Assembly: GCA_964057225.1 (NCBI GenBank)
Contig: CAXKVF010000074.1
Span: forward strand, 868,001-932,000
Length of the DNA: 64,000 bases
Direction: 5' to 3'
Origin: Auanema rhodensis
Lineage: Eukaryota > Animalia > Nematoda
Shown here: positions 12,301-26,928 of the stretch, piece after piece
Layout: each line of letters begins with the position of its first letter
How positions within the stretch are numbered: the stretch's first letter is position 1
Notes under the pieces: model-generated
Database searches by the model: none
Told to the model about the DNA's origin: nothing
What the model saw: the letters and a program-made list of their open reading frames with translations, nothing else
Position numbers and translations under genes: made by a program

Positions 12301-14608
12301 CACTTGGTATGTAACTCGCTTCACGTGAAAGATAAAGAGATGCGGTTTTCAAAATTAGATTCCCCATGTCCATATTAGTCTAAAAACAAATTTTTATTGA
12401 TATTGCTTCATGGTAACCATGACTTTGAAATTTACGTGAACTTTAATTTATGCTAATTAAATGTACACGTGATGTGCACTTGGTATGTAACTCGCTTCAC
12501 GTGAAAGATAAAGAGATGCGGTTTTCAAAATTAGATTCCCCATGTCCATATTAGTCTAAAAACAAATTTTTATTGATATTGGTGCATGGTAACCATGACT
12601 TTGAAATTTACGTGAACTTTAATTTATGCTAATTAAATGTACACGTGATGTGCACTTGGTATGTAACTCGCTTCACGTGAAAGATAAAGAGATGCGGTTT
12701 TCAAAATTAGATTCCCCATGTCCATATTAGTCTAAAAACAAATTTTTATTGATATTGGTGCATGGTAACCATGACTTTGAAATTTACGTGAACTTTAATT
12801 TATGCTAATTAAATGTACACGTGATGTGCACTTGGTATGTAACTCGCTTCACATGAAAGATAAAGAGATGCGGTTTTCAAAATTAGATTCCCCATGTCCA
12901 TATTAGTCTAAAAACAAATTTTTATTGATATTGGTGCATGGTAACCATGACTTTGAATTTTACGTGAACTTTAATTTATGCTAATTAAATGTACACGTGA
13001 TGTGCACTTGGTATGTAACTCGCTTCACGTGAAAGATAAAGAGATGCGGTTTTCAAAATTAGATTCCCCATGTCCATATTAGTCTAAAAACAAATTTTTA
13101 TTGATATTGGTGCATGGTAACCATGACTTTGAATTTTACGTGAACTTTAATTTATTCTAATTAAATGTATACGTGATGTGCACTTGGTATGTAACTCGCT
13201 TCACGTGAAAGATAAAGAGATGCGGTTTTCAAAATTAGATTCCCCATGTCCATATAAGTCTAAAAACAAATTTTTATTGATATTGCTTCATGGTAACCAT
13301 GACTTTGAAATTTACGTGAACTTTAATTTATGCTAATTAAATGTACACGTGATGTGCACTTGGTATGTAACTCGCTTCACGTGAAAGATAAAGAGATGCG
13401 GTTTTCAAAATTAGATTCCCCATGTCCATATTAGTCTAAAAACAAATTTTTATTGATATTGGTTCATGGTAACCATGACTTTGAAATTTACGTGAACTTT
13501 AGTTTATGCTAATTAAATGAGCACGTGATGTGCACTTGGTATGTAACTCGCTTCACGTGAAAGATAAAGAGATGCGGTTTTCAAAATTAGATTCCCCATG
13601 TCCATATTAGTCTAAAAACAAATTTTTATTGATATTGGTGCATGGTAACCATGACTTTGAAATTTACGTGAACTTTAATTTATGCTAATTAAATGTACAC
13701 GTGATGTGCACTTGGTATGTAACTCGCTTCACGTGAAAGATAAAGAGATGCGGTTTTCAAAATTAGATTCCTCATGTCCATATTAGTCTGAAAACAAATT
13801 TTTATTGATATTGGTGCATGGTAACCATGACTTTGAATTTTACGTGAACTTTAATTTATGCTAATTAAATGTACACGTGATGTGCACTTGGTATGTAACT
13901 CGCTTCACGTGAAAGATAAAGAGATGCGGTTTTCAAAATTAGATTCCCCATGTCCATATTAGTCTAAAAACAAATTTTTATTGATATTGGTGCATGGTAA
14001 CCATGACTTTGAATTTTACGTGAACTTTAATTTATGCTAATTAAATGTACACGTGATGTGCACTTGGTATGTAACTCGCTTCACGTGAAAGATAAAGAGA
14101 TGCGGTTTTCAAAATTAGATTCCCCATGTCCATATTAGTCTAAAAACAAATTTTTATTGATATTGCTTCATGGTAACCATGACTTTGAAATTTACGTGAA
14201 CTTTAATTTATGCTAATTAAATGTACACGTGATGTGCACTTGGTATGTAACTCGCTTCACGTGAAAGATAAAGAGATGTGGTTTTCAAAATTAGATTCCC
14301 CATGTCCATATTAGTCTAAAAACAAATTTTTATTGATATTGGTTCATGGTAACCATGACTTTGAAATTTACGTGAACTTTAGTTTATGCTAATTAAATGA
14401 GCACGTGATGTGCACTTGGTATGTAACTCGCTTCACGTGAAAGATAAAGAGATGCGGTTTTCAAAATTAGATTCCCCATGTCCATATTAGTCTAAAAACA
14501 AATTTTTATTGATATTGGTGCATGGTAACCATGACTTTGAAATTTACGTGAACTTTAGTTTATGCTAATTAAATGAGCACGTGATGTGCACTTGGTATGT
14601 AACTCGCT

Positions 14609-16720
14609 TCACGTGAAAGATAAAGAGATGCGGTTTTCAAAATTAGATTCCCCATGTCCATATTAGTCTAAAAACAAATTTTTATTGATATTGGTGCATG
14701 GTAACCATGACTTTGAAATTTACGTGAACTTTAATTTATGCTAATTAAATGTACACGTGATGTGCACTTGGTATGTAACTCGCTTCACGTGAAAGATAAA
14801 GAGATGCGGTTTTCAAAATTAGATTTCACATGTCCATATTAGTCTAAAAACAAATTTTTATTGATATTGGTTCATGGTAACCATGACTTTGAAATTTACG
14901 TGAACTTTAATTTATGCTAATTAAATGTACACGTGATGTGCACTTGGTATGTAACTCGCTTCACGTGAAAGATAAAGAGATGCGGTTTTCAAAATTAGAT
15001 TCCCCATGTCCATATTAGTCTAAAAACAAATTTTTATTGATATTGGTGCATGGTAACCATGACTTTGAAATTTACGTGAACTTTAATTTATGCTAATTAA
15101 ATGTACACGTGATGTGCACTTGGTATGTAACTCGCTTCACGTGAAAGATAAAGAGATGCGGTTTTCAAAATTAGATTCCCCATGTCCATATTAGTCTAAA
15201 AACAAATTTTTATTGATATTGGTTCATGGTAACCATGACTTTGAAATTTACGTGAACTTTAATTTATGCTAATTAAATGTACACGTGATGTGCACTTGGT
15301 ATGTAACTCGCTTCACGTAAAAGATAAAGAGATGCGGTTTTCAAAATTAGATTCCCCATGTCCATATTAGTCTAAAAACAAATTTTTATTGATATTGGTG
15401 CATGGTAACCATGACTTTGAATTTTACGTGAACTTTAATTTATGCTCATTAAATGTACACGTGATGTGCACTTGGTATGTAACTCGCTTCACGTAAAAGA
15501 TAAAGAGATGCGGTTTTCAAAATTAGATTCCCCATGTCCATATTAGTCTAAAAACAAATTTTTATTGATATTGGTGCATGGTAACCATGACTTTGAAATT
15601 TACGTGAACTTTAATTTATGCTAATTAAATGTACACGTGATGTGCACTTGGTATGTAACTCGCTTCACGTAAAAGATAAAGAGATGCGGTTTTCAAAATT
15701 AGATTCCCCATGTCCATATTAGTCTAAAAACAAATTTTTATTGATATTGGTTCATGGTAACCATGACTTTGAAATTTACGTGAACTTTAATTTATGCTAA
15801 TTAAATGTACACGTGATGTGCACTTGGTATGTAACTCGCTTCACGTGAAAGATAAAGAGATGCGGTTTTCAAAATTAGATTCCCCATGTCCATATTAGTC
15901 TAAAAACAAATTTTTATTGATATTGGTGCATGGTAACCATGACTTTGAAATTTACGTGAACTTTAATTTATGCTAATTAAATGTACACGTGATGTGCACT
16001 TGGTATGTAACTCGCTTCACGTGAAAGATAAAGAGATGCGGTTTTCAAAATTAGATTTCACATGTCCATATTAGTCTAAAAACAAATTTTTATTGATATT
16101 GGTTCATGGTAACCATGACTTTGAAATTTACGTGAACTTTAATTTATGCTAATTAAATGTACACGTGATGTGCACTTGGTATGTAACTCGCTTCACGTGA
16201 AAGATAAAGAGATGCGGTTTTCAAAATTAGATTCCCCATGTCCATATTAGTCTAAAAACAAATTTTTATTGATATTGGTGCATGGTAACCATGACTTTGA
16301 AATTTACGTGAACTTTAATTTATGCTAATTAAATGTACACGTGATGTGCACTTGGTATGTAACTCGCTTCACGTGAAAGATAAAGAGATGCGGTTTTCAA
16401 AATTAGATTCCCCATGTCCATATTAGTCTAAAAACAAATTTTTATTGATATTGGTTCATGGTAACCATGACTTTGAAATTTACGTGAACTTTAATTTATG
16501 CTAATTAAATGTACACGTGATGTGCACTTGGTATGTAACTCGCTTCACGTAAAAGATAAAGAGATGCGGTTTTCAAAATTAGATTCCCCATGTCCATATT
16601 AGTCTAAAAACAAATTTTTATTGATATTGGTGCATGGTAACCATGACTTTGAATTTTACGTGAACTTTAATTTATGCTCATTAAATGTACACGTGATGTG
16701 CACTTGGTATGTAACTCGCT
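14609..16720. repeat. Block duplication at 7-monomer spacing (14609-15488 ~ 15841-16720)
   Basis: Private variants GATTTCACA (~14826, ~16058) and GCTCATT (~15447, ~16679) each recur 1232 bp apart. Confidence 0.85.
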
Positions 16721-19700
16721 TCACGTGAAAGATAAAGAGATGCGGTTTTCAAAATTAGATTCCCCATGTCCATATTAGTCTAAAAACAAATTTTTATTGA
16801 TATTGGTTCATGGTAACCATGACTTTGAAATTTACGTGAACTTTAATTTATGCTAATTAAATGTACACGTGATGTGCACTTGGTATGTAACTCGCTTCAC
16901 GTGAAAGATAAAGAGATGCGGTTTTCAAAATTAGATTCCCCATGTCCATATTAGTCTAAAAACAAATTTTTATTGATATTGGTGCATGGTAACCATGACT
17001 TTGAAATTTACGTGAACTTTAATTTATGCTAATTAAATGTACACGTGATGTGCACTTGGTATGTAACTCGCTTCACGTGAAAGATAAAGAGATGCGGTTT
17101 TCAAAATTAGATTCCCCATGTCCATATTAGTCTAAAAACAAATTTTTATTGATATTGGTTTATGGTAACCATGACTTTGAAATTTACGTGAACTTTAATT
17201 TATGCTAATTAAATGTACACGTGATGTGCACTTGGTATGTAACTCGCTTCACGTGAAAGATAAAGAGATGCGGTTTTCAAAATTAGATTCCCCATGTCCA
17301 TATTAGTCTAAAAACAAATTTTTATTGATATTGGTTCATGGTAACCATGACTTTGAAATTTACGTGAACTTTAATTTATGCTAATTAAATGTACACGTGA
17401 TGTGCACTTGGTATGTAACTCGCTTCACGTGAAAGATAAAAAGATGCGGTTTTCAAAATTAGATTCCCCATGTCCATATTAGTCTAAAAACAAATTTTTA
17501 TTGATATTGGTTCATGGTAACCATGACTTTGAAATTTACGTGAACTTTAATTTATGCTAATTAAATGTACACGTGATGTGCACTTGGTATGTAACTCGCT
17601 TCACGTGAAAGATAAAGAGATGCGGTTTTCAAAATTAGATTCCCCATGTCCATATTAGTCTAAAAACAAATTTTTATTGATATTGGTGCATGGTAACCAT
17701 GACTTTGAAATTTACGTGAACTTTAATTTATGCTAATTAAATGTACACGTGATGTGCACTTGGTATGTAACTCGCTTCACGTGAAAGATAAAGAGATGCG
17801 GTTTTCAAAATTAGATTCCCCATGTCCATATTAGTCTAAAAACAAATTTTTATTGATATTGGTGCATGGTAACCATGACTTTGAAATTTACGTGAACTTT
17901 AATTTATGCTAATTAAATGTACACGTGATGTGCACTTGGTATGTAACTCGCTTCACGTGAAAGATAAAGAGATGCGGTTTTCAAAATTAGATTCCCCATG
18001 TCCATATTAGTCTAAAAACAAATTTTTATTGATATTGGTTCATGGTAACCATGACTTTGAAATTTACGTGAACTTTAATTTATGCTAATTAAATGTACAC
18101 GTGATGTGCACTTGGTATGTAACTCGCTTCACGTGAAAGATAAAAAGATGCGGTTTTCAAAATTAGATTCCCCATGTCCATATTAGTCTAAAAACAAATT
18201 TTTATTGATATTGGTTCATGGTAACCATGACTTTGAAATTTACGTGAACTTTAATTTATGCTAATTAAATGTACACGTGATGTGCACTTGGTATGTAACT
18301 CGCTTCACGTGAAAGATAAAGAGATGCGGTTTTCAAAATTAGATTCCCCATGTCCATATTAGTCTAAAAACAAATTTTTATTGATATTGGTGCATGGTAA
18401 CCATGACTTTGAAATTTACGTGAACTTTAATTTATGCTAATTAAATGTACACGTGATGTGCACTTGGTATGTAACTCGCTTCACGTGAAAGATAAAGAGA
18501 TGCGGTTTTCAAAATTAGATTCCCCATGTCCATATTAGTCTAAAAACAAATTTTTATTGATATTGGTGCATGGTAACCATGACTTTGAAATTTACGTGAA
18601 CTTTAATTTATGCTAATTAAATGTACACGTGATGTGCACTTGGTATGTAACTCGCTTCACGTGAAAGATAAAGAGATGCGGTTTTCAAAATTAGATTCCC
18701 CATGTCCATATTAGTCTAAAAACAAATTTTTATTGATATTGGTGCATGGTAACCATGACTTTGAAATTTACGTGAACTTTAATTTATGCTAATTAAATGT
18801 ACACGTGATGTGCACTTGGTATGTAACTCGCTTCACGTGAAAGATAAAAAGATGCGGTTTTCAAAATTAGATTCCCCATGTCCATATTAGTCTAAAAACA
18901 AATTTTTATTGATATTGCTTCATGGTAACCATGACTTTGAAATTTACGTGAACTTTAATTTATGCTAATTAAATGTACACGTGATGTGCACTTGGTATGT
19001 AACTCGCTTCACGTGAAAGATAAAGAGATGCGGTTTTCAAAATTAGATTCCCCATGTCCATATTAGTCTAAAAACAAATTTTTATTGATATTGGTTCATG
19101 GTAACCATGACTTTGAAATTTACGTGAACTTTAATTTATGCTAATTAAATGTACACGTGATGTGCACTTGGTATGTAACTCGCTTCACGTGAAAGATAAA
19201 GAGATGCGGTTTTCAAAATTAGATTCCCCATGTCCATATTAGTCTAAAAACAAATTTTTATTGATATTGGTGCATGGTAACCATGACTTTGAAATTTACG
19301 TGAACTTTAATTTATGCTAATTAAATGTACACGTGATGTGCACTTGGTATGTAACTCGCTTCACGTGAAAGATAAAGAGATGCGGTTTTCAAAATTAGAT
19401 TCCCCATGTCCATATTAGTCTAAAAACAAATTTTTATTGATATTGGTGCATGGTAACCATGACTTTGAAATTTACGTGAACTTTAATTTATGCTAATTAA
19501 ATGTACACGTGATGTGCACTTGGTATGTAACTCGCTTCACGTGAAAGATAAAGAGATGCGGTTTTCAAAATTAGATTCCCCATGTCCATATTAGTCTAAA
19601 AACAAATTTTTATTGATATTGGTGCATGGTAACCATGACTTTGAAATTTACGTGAACTTTAATTTATGCTAATTAAATGTACACGTGATGTGCACTTGGT

Positions 19701-21296
19701 ATGTAACTCGCTTCACGTGAAAGATAAAGAGATGCGGTTTTCAAAATTAGATTCCCCATGTCCATATTAGTCTAAAAACAAATTTTTATTGATATTGGTT
19801 CATGGTAACCATGACTTTGAAATTTACGTGAACTTTAATTTATGCTAATTAAATGTACACGTGATGTGCACTTGGTATGTAACTCGCTTCACGTGTAAGA
19901 TAAAGAGATGCGGTTTTCAAAATTAGATTCCCCATGTCCATATTAGTCTAAAAACAAATTTTTATTGATATTGGTTCATGGTAACCATGACTTTGAAATT
20001 TACGTGAACTTTAATTTATGCTAATTAAATGTACACGTGATGTGCACTTGGTATGTAACTCGCTTCACGTGAAAGATAAAGAGATGCGGTTTTCAAAATT
20101 AGATTCCCCATGTCCATATTAGTCTAAAAACAAATTTTTATTGATATTGGTGCATGGTAACCATGACTTTGAAATTTACGTGAACTTTAATTTATGCTAA
20201 TTAAATGTACACGTGATGTGCACTTGGTATGTAACTCGCTTCACGTGAAAGATAAAGAGATGCGGTTTTCAAAATTAGATTCCCCATGTCCATATTAGTC
20301 TAAAAACAAATTTTTATTGATATTGGTGCATGGTAACCATGACTTTGAAATTTACGTGAACTTTAATTTATGCTAATTAAATGTACACGTGATGTGCACT
20401 TGGTATGTAACTCGCTTCACGTGAAAGATAAAGAGATGCGGTTTTCAAAATTAGATTCCCCATGTCCATATTAGTCTACAAACAAATTTTTATTGATATT
20501 GGTTCATGGTAACCATGACTTTGAAATTTACGTGAACTTTAATTTATGCTAATTAAATGTACACGTGATGTGCACTTGGTATGTAACTCGCTTCACGTGA
20601 AAGATAAAGAGATGCGGTTTTCAAAATTAGATTCCCCATGTCCATATTAGTCTAAAAACAAATTTTTATTGATATTGGTGCATGGTAACCATGACTTTGA
20701 AATTTACGTGAACTTTAATTTATGCTAATTAAATGTACACGTGATGTGCACTTGGTATGTAACTCGCTTCACGTGAAAGATAAAGAGATGCGGTTTTCAA
20801 AATTAGATTCCCCATGTCCATATTAGTCTAAAAACAAATTTTTATTGATATTGGTTCATGGTAACCATGACTTTGAAATTTACGTGAACTTTAATTTATG
20901 CTAATTAAATGTACACGTGATGTGCACTTGGTATGTAACTCGCTTCACGTGAAAGATAAAGAGATGCGGTTTTCAAAATTAGATTCCCCATGTCCATATT
21001 AGTCTTAAAACAAATTTTTATTGATATTGGTTCATGGTAACCATGACTTTGAAATTTACGTGAACTTTAATTTATGCTAATTAAATGTACACGTGATGTG
21101 CACTTGGTATGTAACTCGCTTCACGTGAAAGATAAAGAGATGCGGTTTTCAAAATTAGATTCCCCATGTCCATATTAGTCTAAAAACAAATTTTTATTGA
21201 TATTAGTTCATGGTAACCATGACTTTGAAATTTACGTGAACTTTAATTTATGCTAATTAAATGTACACGTGATGTGCACTTGGTATGTAACTCGCT

Positions 21297-23584
21297 TCAC
21301 GTGAAAGATGAAGAGATGCGGTTTTCAAAATTAGATTCCCCATGTCCATATTAGTCTAAAAACAAATTTTTATTGATATTGGTGCATGGTAACCATGACT
21401 TTGAAATTTACGTGAACTTCAATTTATGCTAATTAAATGTACACGTGATGTGCACTTGGTATGTAACTCGTTTCACGTGAAAGATAAAGAGATGCGGTTT
21501 TCAAAATTAGATTCCCCATGTCCATATTAGTCTAAAAACAAATTTTTATTGATATTGGTGCATGGTAACCATGACTTTGAAATTTACGTGAACTTTAATT
21601 TATGCTAATTAAATGTACACGTGATGTGCACTTGGTATGTAACTCGCTTCACGTGAAAGATAAAGAGATGCGGTTTTCAAAATTAGATTCCCCATGTCCA
21701 TATTAGTCTAAAAACAAATTTTTATTGATATTGGTTCATGGTAACCATGACTTTGAAATTTACGTGAACTTTAATTTATGCTAATTAAATGTACACGTGA
21801 TGTGCACTCGGTATGTAACTCGCTTCACGTGAAAGATAAAGAGATGCGGTTTTCAAAATTAGATTCCCCATGTCCATATTAGTCTAAAAACAAATTTTTA
21901 TTGATATTGGTTCATGGTAACCATGACTTTGAAATTTACGTGAACTTTAATTTATGCTAATTAAATGTACACGTGATGTGCACTTGGTATGTAACTCGCT
22001 TCACGTGAAAGATAAAGAGATGCGGTTTTCAAAATTAGATTCCCCATGTCCATATTAGTCTAAAAACAAATTTTTATTGATATTGGTGCATGGTAACCAT
22101 GACTTTGAAATTTACGTGAACTTTAATTTATGCTAATTAAATGTACACGTGATGTGCACTTGGTATGTAACTCGCTTCACGTGAAAGATGAAGAGATGCG
22201 GTTTTCAAAATTAGATTCCCCATGTCCATATTAGTCTAAAAACAAATTTTTATTGATATTGGTGCATGGTAACCATGACTTTGAAATTTACGTGAACTTT
22301 AATTTATGCTAATTAAATGTACACGTGATGTGCACTTGGTATGTAACTCGCTTCACGTGAAAGATAAAGAGATGCGGTTTTCAAAATTAGATTCCCCATG
22401 TCCATATTAGTCTAAAAACAAATTTTTATTGATATTGGTGCATGGTAACCATGACTTTGAAATTTACGTGAACTTTAATTTATGCTAATTAAATGTACAC
22501 GTGATGTGCACTTGGTATGTAACTCGCTTCACGTGAAAGATAAAGAGATGCGGTTTTCAAAATTAGATTCCCCATGTCCATATTAGTCTAAAAACAAATT
22601 TTTATTGATATTGGTGCATGGTAACCATGACTTTGAAATTTACGTGAACTTTAATTTATGCTAATTAAATGTACACGTGATGTGCACTTGGTATGTAACT
22701 CGCTTCACGTGAAAGATGAAGAGATGCGGTTTTCAAAATTAGATTCCCCATGTCCATATTAGTCTAAAAACAAATTTTTATTGATATTGGTGCATGGTAA
22801 CCATGACTTTGAAATTTACGTGAACTTCAATTTATGCTAATTAAATGTACACGTGATGTGCACTTGGTATGTAACTCGTTTCACGTGAAAGATAAAGAGA
22901 TGCGGTTTTCAAAATTAGATTCCCCATGTCCATATTAGTCTAAAAACAAATTTTTATTGATATTGGTGCATGGTAACCATGACTTTGAAATTTACGTGAA
23001 CTTTAATTTATGCTAATTAAATGTACACGTGATGTGCACTTGGTATGTAACTCGCTTCACGTGAAAGATAAAGAGATGCGGTTTTCAAAATTAGATTCCC
23101 CATGTCCATATTAGTCTAAAAACAAATTTTTATTGATATTGGTTCATGGTAACCATGACTTTGAAATTTACGTGAACTTTAATTTATGCTAATTAAATGT
23201 ACACGTGATGTGCACTCGGTATGTAACTCGCTTCACGTGAAAGATAAAGAGATGCGGTTTTCAAAATTAGATTCCCCATGTCCATATTAGTCTAAAAACA
23301 AATTTTTATTGATATTGGTTCATGGTAACCATGACTTTGAAATTTACGTGAACTTTAATTTATGCTAATTAAATGTACACGTGATGTGCACTTGGTATGT
23401 AACTCGCTTCACGTGAAAGATAAAGAGATGCGGTTTTCAAAATTAGATTCCCCATGTCCATATTAGTCTAAAAACAAATTTTTATTGATATTGGTGCATG
23501 GTAACCATGACTTTGAAATTTACGTGAACTTTAATTTATGCTAATTAAATGTACACGTGATGTGCACTTGGTATGTAACTCGCT
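21297..23584. repeat. Block duplication at 8-monomer spacing (21297-22176 ~ 22705-23584)
   Basis: Linked variants GATGAAG+AACTTCAA+TCGTTTC and CACTCGG (21809, 23217) recur 1408 bp apart. Confidence 0.85.
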
Positions 23585-26500
23585 TCACGTGAAAGATAAA
23601 GAGATGCGGTTTTCAAAATTAGATTCCCCATGTCCATATTAGTCTAAAAACAAATTTTTATTGATATTGGTTCATGGTAACCATGACTTTGAAATTTACG
23701 TGAACTTTAATTTATGCTAATTAAATGTACACGTGATGTGCACTTGGTATGTAACTCGCTTCACGTGAAAGATAAAGAGATGCGGTTTTCAAAATTAGAT
23801 TCCCCATGTCCATATTAGTCTAAAAACAAATTTTTATTGATATTGGTTCATGGTAACCATGACTTTGAAATTTACGTGAACTTTAATTTATGCTAATTAA
23901 ATGTACACGTGATGTGCACTTGGTATGTAACTCGCTTCACGTGAAAGATAAAGAGATGCGGTTTTCAAAATTAGATTCCCCATGTCCATATTAGTCTTAA
24001 AACAAATTTTTATTGATATTGGTTCATGGTAACCATGACTTTGAAATTTACGTGAACTTTAATTTATGCTAATTAAATGTACACGTGATGTGCACTTGGT
24101 ATGTAACTCGCTTCACGTGAAAGATAAAGAGATGCGGTTTTCAAAATTAGATTCCCCATGTCCATATTAGTCTAAAAACAAATTTTTATTGATATTGGTT
24201 CATGGTAACCATGACTTTGAAATTTACGTGAACTTTAATTTATGCTAATTAAATGTACACGTGATGTGCACTTGGTATGTAACTCGCTTCACGTGAAAGA
24301 TAAAGAGATGCGGTTTTCAAAATTAGATTCCCCATGTCCATATTAGTCTAAAAACAAATTTTTATTGATATTGGTTCATGGTAACCATGACTTTGAAATT
24401 TACGTGAACTTTAATTTATGCTAATTAAATGTACACGTGATGTGCACTTGGTATGTAACTCGCTTCACGTGAAAGATAAAGAGATGCGGTTTTCAAAATT
24501 AGATTCCCCATGTCCATATTAGTCTAAAAACAAATTTTTATTGATATTGGTTCATGGTAACCATGACTTTGAAATTTACGTGAACTTTAATTTATGCTAA
24601 TTAAATGTACACGTGATGTGCACTTGGTATGTAACTCGCTTCACGTGAAAGATAAAGAGATGCGGTTTTCAAAATTAGATTCCCCATGTCCATATTAGTC
24701 TAAAAACAAATTTTTATTGATATTGGTTCATGGTAACCATGACTTTGAAATTTACGTGAACTTTAATTTATGCTAATTAAATGTACACGTGATGTGCACT
24801 TGGTATGTAACTCGCTTCACGTGAAAGATAAAGAGATGCGGTTTTCAAAATTAGATTCCCCATGTCCATATTAGTCTTAAAACAAATTTTTATTGATATT
24901 GGTTCATGGTAACCATGACTTTGAAATTTACGTGAACTTTAATTTATGCTAATTAAATGTACACGTGATGTGCACTTGGTATGTAACTCGCTTCACGTGA
25001 AAGATAAAGAGATGCGGTTTTCAAAATTAGATTCCCCATGTCCATATTAGTCTAAAAACAAATTTTTATTGATATTGGTTCATGGTAACCATGACTTTGA
25101 AATTTACGTGAACTTTAATTTATGCTAATTAAATGTACACGTGATGTGCACTTGGTATGTAACTCGCTTCACGTGAAAGATGAAGAGATGCGGTTTTCAA
25201 AATTAGATTCCCCATGTCCATATTAGTCTAAAAACAAATTTTTATTGATATTGGTGCATGGTAACCATGACTTTGAAATTTACGTGAACTTTAATTTATG
25301 CTAATTAAATGTACACGTGATGTGCACTTGGTATGTAACTCGCTTCACGTGAAAGATAAAGAGATGCGGTTTTCAAAATTAGATTCCCCATGTCCATATT
25401 AGTCTAAAAACAAATTTTTATTGATATTGGTGCATGGTAACCATGACTTTGAAATTTACGTGAACTTTAATTTATGCTAATTAAATGTACACGTGATGTG
25501 CACTTGGTATGTAACTCGCTTCACGTGAAAGATAAAGAGATGCGGTTTTCAAAATTAGATTCCCCATGTCCATATTAGTCTAAAAACAAATTTTTATTGA
25601 TATTGGTGCATGGTAACCATGACTTTGAAATTTACGTGAACTTTAATTTATGCTAATTAAATGTACACGTGATGTGCACTTGGTATGTAACTCGCTTCAC
25701 GTGAAAGATAAAGAGATGCGGTTTTCAAAATTAGATTCCCCATGTCCATATTAGTCTAAAAACAAAATTTTATTGATATTGGTTCATGGTAACCATGACT
25801 TTGAAATTTACGTGAACTTTAATTTATGCTAATTAAATGTACACGTGATGTGCACTTGGTATGTAACTCGCTTCACGTGAAAGATAAAGAGATACGGTTT
25901 TCAAAATTAGATTCCCCATGTCCATATTAGTCTAAAAACAAATTTTTATTGATATTGGTGCATGGTAACCATGACTTTGAAATTTACGTGAACTTTAATT
26001 TATGCTAATTAAATGTACACGTGATGTGCACTTGGTATGTAACTCGCTTCACGTGAAAGATAAAGAGATGCGGTTTTCAAAATTAGATTCCCCATGTCCA
26101 TACTAGTCTAAAAACAAATTTTTATTGATATTGGTTCATGGTAACCATGACTTTGAAATTTACGTGAACTTTAATTTATGCTAATTAAATGTACACGTGA
26201 TGTGCACTTGGTATGTAACTCGCTTCACGTGAAAGATGAAGAGATGCGGTTTTCAAAATTAGATTCCCCATGTCCATATTAGTCTAAAAACAAATTTTTA
26301 TTGATATTGGTTCATGGTAACCATGACTTTGAAATTTACGTGAACTTTAATTTATGCTAATTAAATGTACACGTGATGTGCACTTGGTATGTAACTCGCT
26401 TCACGTGAAAGATAAAGAGATGCGGTTTTCAAAATTAGATTCCCCATGTCCATATTAGTCTAAAAACAAATTTTTATTGATATTGGTTCATGGTAACCAT

Positions 26501-26928
26501 GACTTTGAAATTTACGTGAACTTTAATTTATGCTAATTAAATGTACACGTGATGTGCACTTGGTATGTAACTCGCTTCACGTGAAAGATGAAGAGATGCG
26601 GTTTTCAAAATTAGATTCCCCATGTCCATATTAGTCTAAAAACAAATTTTTATTGATATTGGTGCATGGTAACCATGACTTTGAAATTTACGTGAACTTT
26701 AATTTATGCTAATTAAATGTACACGTGATGTGCACTTGGTATGTAACTCGCTTCACGTGAAAGATAAAGAGATGCGGTTTTCAAAATTAGATTCCCCATG
26801 TCCATATTAGTCTAAAAACAAATTTTTATTGATATTGGTGCATGGTAACCATGACTTTGAAATTTACGTGAACTTTAATTTATGCTAATTAAATGTACAC
26901 GTGATGTGCACTTGGTATGTAACTCGCT

